Shown: piece by piece, positions 42,413 through 46,538 of the stretch
How the letters are laid out: every line of letters starts with the position of its first letter
Numbering within the stretch: position 1 is the first letter of the stretch
Source: a virus
Length of the DNA: 46,538 nt
Virus record (IMG/VR): IMGVR_UViG_3300045988_137997
Location: 1 to 46,538 of that record
Direction: 5' to 3' (one strand)
Made by a program: the position numbers and the translations under genes
Notes under the pieces: model-generated
Told to the model about the DNA's origin: nothing
The model's input: the letters and a program-made list of their open reading frames with translations, nothing else
The model's database searches: none

Positions 42413-42739
42413 ATGCTGCGATTCCCCGAAAAATACGATCGCGTGCAGTTCCTAAGCGGGCGTTTGTACCGAATCCCCTTTAATGGCATAAAGCTCACCG
42501 TCATAGCGACGATGGACACGGATGACAAGGGCATAACGTGGGAGCACGTAAGCGTTTCGCTCAAGAACCGCTTACCGACTTGGCAAGAGCTGAAGTTCAT
42601 CAAGATGCTCTTCTGGGATCCGGAAGACGAAGTGCTCCAGTTCTTTCCGCCTCAGTCGGAGTACATCGACTTTCACAAAAACTGCCTGCACCTATGGAGG
42701 CCGATCAACGTTGATCTTCCTTGGAGGAAAAAGTTATGA
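42413..42739 (+). CDS. Hypothetical phage protein
   Basis: 108 aa. WEHVSVSLKNRLPTWQELKFIK..F...E.V.QF.P is a conserved phage pattern of unknown function. Confidence 0.5.
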   Translation: MLRFPEKYDRVQFLSGRLYRIPFNGIKLTVIATMDTDDKGITWEHVSVSLKNRLPTWQELKFIKMLFWDPEDEVLQFFPPQSEYIDFHKNCLHLWRPINVDLPWRKKL

Positions 42740-42957
42740 GAAAGACCGAAGCCGTGTGGCACAAGTTCCCCGAAGAAACTCCGCCAGAAGGCGTTCAGAT
42801 CTTGGTGACTTGGAAGGGCGAAAACAACAGCTTCGAAGTGACTTTGGGCTTCTGGAAGTTCGACAAGTTCACAGGTGGAACGTTTTCGCATCCGTATGAC
42901 TGGGTGGCAACACCAATCGCCTGGGCCGAGCTCCCAGAACCGTACAAACCCGACTAA
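42736..42957 (+). CDS. DUF551-like protein
   Basis: ATG at 42736 with a GGAGG SD. WHKFPEETPPEGVQILV. Confidence 0.5.
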   Translation: MRKTEAVWHKFPEETPPEGVQILVTWKGENNSFEVTLGFWKFDKFTGGTFSHPYDWVATPIAWAELPEPYKPD

Positions 42958-43055
42958 CCCTCTTAGGCCGCCGCCCGTGATGTGTGCAAAGCGTCGAGAG
43001 ACTGCAACTGCGAAGGGTACTGCGCGGGCGGTGGCCATTTTTGGAGAACAAAAAA

Positions 43056-43289
43056 ATGGACAATGACGTTCTGATTGCGCGCTTTCAAATGTTAATCGAC
43101 ATGATCAATAAGGAACTGGAGAAACCGATAGACATCTCGGACATTCCTGATGAAACCTACACGGAAGATGATCTCGCAAAAATGATCTCTGCAAATGTGT
43201 CCCTTCTGAACGCCGTTAAGCAGCGCCATACGGTAATCGAGCTTGTCGCAGACCGAGTCAGAGCTCGAAACAAGGGAACCCAAGCATGA
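43056..43289 (+). CDS. Hypothetical protein
   Basis: ATG at 43056. 77 aa. Confidence 0.45.
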   Translation: MDNDVLIARFQMLIDMINKELEKPIDISDIPDETYTEDDLAKMISANVSLLNAVKQRHTVIELVADRVRARNKGTQA

Positions 43290-43292
43290 AGA

Positions 43293-43316
43293 GCCGCCTC
43301 CGGGCGGCATTTTTAT
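43293..43316 (+). terminator. Short hairpin plus T-run inside the early operon
   Basis: GCCGCC-tccg-GGCGGC followed by ATTTTTA. Confidence 0.35.
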
Positions 43317-43698
43317 GGACGCAAAAATGACTGAATTCGATCCAGTAAACCGACCGAGGCACTACGTTGAGCAGGCCGTTCGCTTCGAACCTATCGACAT
43401 CTTGCGGTGGGCTCCTTTTGATCTTGGGAATGCGTTGAAGTACCTGATCAGAGCCGGACATAAAAACGATGCTCTGGAGGACTTGCGCAAAGCGGAGTGG
43501 TATCTCAAGTGCGCCCGAGAAAGCGCTCGAATCTCCTGCTACCCATACTCCAGCTTTATGAAGCAGTACAAGCTCATGCTGTCAAAGTTCGGCGGCATCC
43601 CCGCAGGCTTGGCTGATGCTGATGACTGGGCGGAATGCCTACAAAAATTCGTCACGGCAAGAATCGAACTTCTCAAATCCGAACAGCCCTCCGAGTGA
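43315..43698 (+). CDS. DUF3310-like protein
   Basis: RPRHYVEQAVRFEPIDIL...GNALKYLIRAGHK...DLRKAEWYL matches the DUF3310 pattern. Confidence 0.6.
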   Translation: MDAKMTEFDPVNRPRHYVEQAVRFEPIDILRWAPFDLGNALKYLIRAGHKNDALEDLRKAEWYLKCARESARISCYPYSSFMKQYKLMLSKFGGIPAGLADADDWAECLQKFVTARIELLKSEQPSE

Positions 43699-43817
43699 GG
43701 GTTTTTTCATAGGCACAAAAAACCCCGTGCCATCGTGGAGAAGCGTAACTCGGCAATTTGCCGTGCTACAGGTTTGCAGAAACACCTCCACAGCACAGGG
43801 TAGGAAAAGGATAGCAC

Positions 43818-44348
43818 ATGAACGTCATAACCGAATCCCTGAACCCCATCAAGAACCCTTCGCTTTTTTCGCTCACGCAGGCCACCGCCGCCGCGCTCAT
43901 GCAGATCGAGCCGGATCCTGAGACTGGTGAGCTGATCGGCATCGACCGCTTCGATGCCTTGGCGCTCGATACGCAGGAGAAGCTGATCGACTGCGCCTGT
44001 GCCGTGGCCAACTTCGAGGGCTTGGTGGCACAACTCGAAGAGCAAGAGCGTCAGATCGCACGCCGCAAAAAGTTCGTCAAGAACCTCATCGATCACATCA
44101 AAGGCCGATGCGTCGATGCGATGGAGCTGCTGGAGATCAAGAGCATCAAGGCTGCGCCGGTTCAGATGCGATTGCATCCATCCGAAAGCGTCGATGTTTT
44201 TGACTTGCCGTCGATCCCCGGCGAGTTCTTTTATATGCCCCCGGTGAAGCCAAAGGTCAGCAAAAAGATGATTGAGGACGCTATCAAGTCCGGACGTGAA
44301 GTGCCGGGGGCTCGCATCATCAAGCGTCTCAATCTTGTGGTGAAATGA
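43818..44348 (+). CDS. Siphovirus Gp157-like protein
   Basis: Coiled-coil centre, with general layout and sequence reminiscent of the Gp157 family. Confidence 0.45.
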   Translation: MNVITESLNPIKNPSLFSLTQATAAALMQIEPDPETGELIGIDRFDALALDTQEKLIDCACAVANFEGLVAQLEEQERQIARRKKFVKNLIDHIKGRCVDAMELLEIKSIKAAPVQMRLHPSESVDVFDLPSIPGEFFYMPPVKPKVSKKMIEDAIKSGREVPGARIIKRLNLVVK

Positions 44349-44349
44349 G

Positions 44350-44889
44350 ATGCCGAAGACCAAAAAGCCGCGCAAGGCATTCGACCCGGGCCGCTGGAGA
44401 AAGATGCCGCGCATGATGCCGCTTGCTGATCTCCAAGAGATCAAGGCCGCATATCGCGATGTCGAGCTGGCCGTGGAGCTTCGGCTCCACACTGGAGCCT
44501 TCACAAAGGAAGACCTGCTCAACCTCGGCTCGATGATCCTGCTCGGGACCTTCGTGATGTACCGAGGTTATGGCCTTGAGCACGAGTACTGCATTCTCAC
44601 TTACGGAGAAGAGTGGGTTGCGATGCAGACAGCTTTCAAGACTTACAAAGAACGGGCGCTTCGCACAGGATCTTTTGCGGTAACTGGTGACGAGCTGAAG
44701 GCGCTCCGGAACGGCGTTGAAATCGCCGGCACGCTCATACAGAAGGCACTCGATGCGGATCCGATCCGGGTGGCAGAGCTTTGGATTGCCACAGAGATGT
44801 CAGCCGACATGCCGGAAAAAGCCTCCGAAGGGCTCAAGTGGCTGGATCGAAAGCTTCAAGAAATTCACAGGTATAGGAGACCGAGATGA
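44350..44889 (+). CDS. Hypothetical protein
   Basis: 179-aa ORF, translationally coupled to its neighbours. Confidence 0.5.
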   Translation: MPKTKKPRKAFDPGRWRKMPRMMPLADLQEIKAAYRDVELAVELRLHTGAFTKEDLLNLGSMILLGTFVMYRGYGLEHEYCILTYGEEWVAMQTAFKTYKERALRTGSFAVTGDELKALRNGVEIAGTLIQKALDADPIRVAELWIATEMSADMPEKASEGLKWLDRKLQEIHRYRRPR

Positions 44890-45203
44890 TTGACGCGATT
44901 TTTGCAAGCCGAGAACTCCAGCACAAGATCGATGAGATCGCTACGGCGCACTCTTACGGCGGACAAAAAGAAAAGCTTATCGAAGAGATGTGCGAGCTGG
45001 CAGTTGCCATCAAGCACGAGGACAAGCCGGACGTACTGCCGCAGGTCAAGCGCATGGAGTTCCACTCTGAGCTTGCAGATGTGCTGATCCTGATCTGGCA
45101 GATCCTAGATATTTACATGACGACGGACGATCGCTTTGATCTGGCAAATGCTGTCAAAAAGAAGATCGACCGAGAAATTAAAAGAATTCGCTCAAAAAAA
45201 TAA
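44886..45203 (+). CDS. MazG-like nucleotide pyrophosphohydrolase
   Basis: KLIEEMCELAVAI...ELADVLILIWQI is the EExxE...D helix pair. Confidence 0.6.
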   Translation: MIDAIFASRELQHKIDEIATAHSYGGQKEKLIEEMCELAVAIKHEDKPDVLPQVKRMEFHSELADVLILIWQILDIYMTTDDRFDLANAVKKKIDREIKRIRSKK

Positions 45204-45214
45204 GGAGATAAAAA

Positions 45215-45676
45215 ATGGAAGAAGAAGTCAAGGCTGTGGATGTCAAAGACATTGCTGCGGAAGAAATGGGCAAGAAGCTGCTTGAGTCGATGATCGGCGT
45301 AGTGCAAAGCATCAAGCGCCCGTGGGACGAGATGACGCAGTCCGAGCAGGACGATGCAATCGGAAAGATGCGCTTCGCAGTCAAGGTGGCCACGACTCAG
45401 GCCGTGCGTCTGATCGGGTCGAACGGCGCAACTCATGTTGTTGGCACCCTCGATCAGATCACGATCAAGGACGGAGTAAAAGCTGTCGTTCAGATCGGCA
45501 AGAACGCTGAAAACCTGCCGGGGCTTTTCGAAGCTCAGGGCGGCGAAGTGTTGATTGTCTGCTCCAGACAAGACTATCTGGATGGCATCACTGAAGTGAA
45601 AGGCGAGCCCGATCAGGGTTCCTTCGAGATGGATGAGCCGGCGCAAGAATATCCGGCGCTGGAGGGTAAGGCATGA
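45215..45676 (+). CDS. Hypothetical protein
   Basis: 153-aa ORF with an AAGGAG SD. Confidence 0.5.
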   Translation: MEEEVKAVDVKDIAAEEMGKKLLESMIGVVQSIKRPWDEMTQSEQDDAIGKMRFAVKVATTQAVRLIGSNGATHVVGTLDQITIKDGVKAVVQIGKNAENLPGLFEAQGGEVLIVCSRQDYLDGITEVKGEPDQGSFEMDEPAQEYPALEGKA

Positions 45677-45981
45677 ATAGCCAGAAGATGGCACCACTAA
45701 AGGTGCTGAGTACAGAAGAAGTCTGCGACCGGTATCAAATGAGTCGATTCTCTCTTTACGTAAAATTAAAGAGCGCAAGTTCCCGTCTCCAACCGGAAAG
45801 CGTCAGAATCGACGCATTTGGGACGTACGAGTGCTGGAGGATTACGATACAAAAATGCTCCAACTGGCAACCAAAAGCTGGGATCCTGCACTGGTTACCA
45901 CCTGAAAGTAGTGGTATCAAAAACGGTATCAAAACCGACACACCTCTTTCTATTCCACGCTATACGGCCTTATTCGACTGA
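45673..45981 (+). pseudogene. AlpA/excisionase-like HTH gene with a frame disruption near 45759
   Basis: Frame 1 gives LSTEEVCDRYQMSRFSLY. The -1 frame continues RKIKERKFPSPTGKRQNRRIWDVRVLEDY and stops at 45905. Together these are a near-perfect AlpA motif. The uninterrupted ORF loses the FP motif. Confidence 0.55.
45913..45936 (+). repeat. Arm-type site candidates (P arm): tandem GGTATCAAAA(A)C x2
   Basis: 12-bp direct repeats at 45913..45924 and 45925..45936. Confidence 0.5.
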
Positions 45982-46006
45982 CACCGCTCTCCGCCAAGAA
46001 TGCAAC

Positions 46007-46045
46007 CTCGCAGAACCATTGTTCTGCGGGGTTTTTCTTTTTCCT
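46007..46045 (+). terminator. Intrinsic terminator in the attP region
   Basis: CGCAGAAC-catt-GTTCTGCG followed by GGGTTTTTCTTTTT. Confidence 0.7.
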
Positions 46046-46119
46046 CCTAGAAAATCAAGGCTTTCCGGCTGTTTAGCCGCGTGCAGACGCGTTGTATCGT
46101 GTGCGCGTGCGTTGCAAAC

Positions 46120-46177
46120 TTGATACCATACAGCGGTATCAAAAATGGTATCCATGCAAAATCTAGGTGGTATCAAT
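46120..46177. repeat. Arm-type site candidates (P' arm): four GGTATC(A/C) copies
   Basis: TTGATACC (inverted, 46120..46127), GGTATCAAAAAT (46135..46146), GGTATCC (46147..46153), and GGTATCAAT overlapping the int ATG (46169..46177). Confidence 0.5.
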
Positions 46178-46538
46178 GGCCGGAACAAGCAAAAAGTTGA
46201 CACAGGCGGACGTGCGAAAACTCCCTGACGGAAATCACAATTTCGGGGGCGGTTTGTACCTTCGCGTGCGAGGAAGCTCGCGCACGTGGTCGGTTCGAAT
46301 TCAGGTGGAATCAAAACGGACTTTCCGAGGTTTGGGCAATGCGTTCGCAATTACCTTGAGTCAAGCCCGTATCGAATGCGAAAGGCAGAAGTCGGCGATG
46401 CGCTCTGGCGACCTCCAGACAAAGGCCGAGAAGGCTCGAGAAGAACGCAGAAAAAACTTACCCAAGACGACCTTTAAGTCTGTCTGGTTGAAAGCGGTAG
46501 AAGCTCGTGAGCGTGTAGCGGGCTGGAAGAATGATGAT
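46176..46538 (+). CDS. int: Tyrosine integrase, N-terminal arm-binding part (continues at position 56 after the overlap)
   Basis: My own translation: MAGTSKKLTQADVRKLPDGNHNFGGGLYLRVRGSSRTWSVRIQ... (DUF4102-type). It runs off the window end in frame with 5..901. Confidence 0.85.
   Translation, partial: MAGTSKKLTQADVRKLPDGNHNFGGGLYLRVRGSSRTWSVRIQVESKRTFRGLGNAFAITLSQARIECERQKSAMRSGDLQTKAEKAREERRKNLPKTTFKSVWLKAVEARERVAGWKNDD
46484..46538. repeat. 55-bp terminal overlap identical to positions 1..55 (circular-assembly signature)
   Basis: Exact identity checked base by base. The overlap lies inside the integrase ORF and preserves its frame. Confidence 0.9.

Noticed and set aside
45971-45997. TTCGA...CTCCGCCA looked like a tRNA 3' end, which would be a possible attP core.
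   Set aside because: No T-arm or acceptor-stem complementarity could be drawn around it. This needs a database search rather than inspection by eye.

Overview
The window is a complete, circularly closed temperate phage genome. The first and last 55 bp are identical, so the unique length is 46,483 bp, and an integrase ORF reads in frame across that junction. The head and packaging module is lambda-like (TerS, GpA-type TerL, gpW, portal, ClpP/S49 protease-scaffold, decoration protein, E-type major capsid). The contractile tail and baseplate are P2-like (sheath, tube, E/E' frameshift chaperone, tape measure, X, D, V, W, J, I). The lysis cassette has a holin, a SAR-type endolysin and Rz with an embedded Rz1. 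Regulation is lambdoid: a cI-like S24 repressor and a Cro-like gene diverge, followed by an O-like initiator with internal iterons, a DnaB-type helicase, and a Q-like antiterminator with a late promoter and two terminators. An early operon carries Sak4-like, SSB-like, MazG-like, DUF3310-like and Gp157-like genes. The most unusual feature is the tail-fibre locus (about 2.9-10.3 kb). One expressed fibre gene is surrounded by promoterless fibre cassettes on both strands. Three families of short, codon-phased repeats bound these cassettes (coding LKVTG, PVTSS and PNITG). The layout matches a nested, multi-tier DNA-inversion shufflon that could swap whole distal modules, C-terminal halves and about 70-aa tips. 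No serine invertase is present. A second P4-type tyrosine recombinase lies directly beside the cassettes and is the candidate invertase. Other items worth a second look: a G10 tract splitting a ParB-methyltransferase fusion, a frameshifted AlpA/Xis-like gene next to attP arm-type repeats, a structured ORF-free leader of about 290 nt behind a near-consensus promoter, a strongly acidic early protein, and a 48-aa peptide ending in an SSB-like IPF tip. All functional calls rest on motif recognition by eye; no database search was possible.
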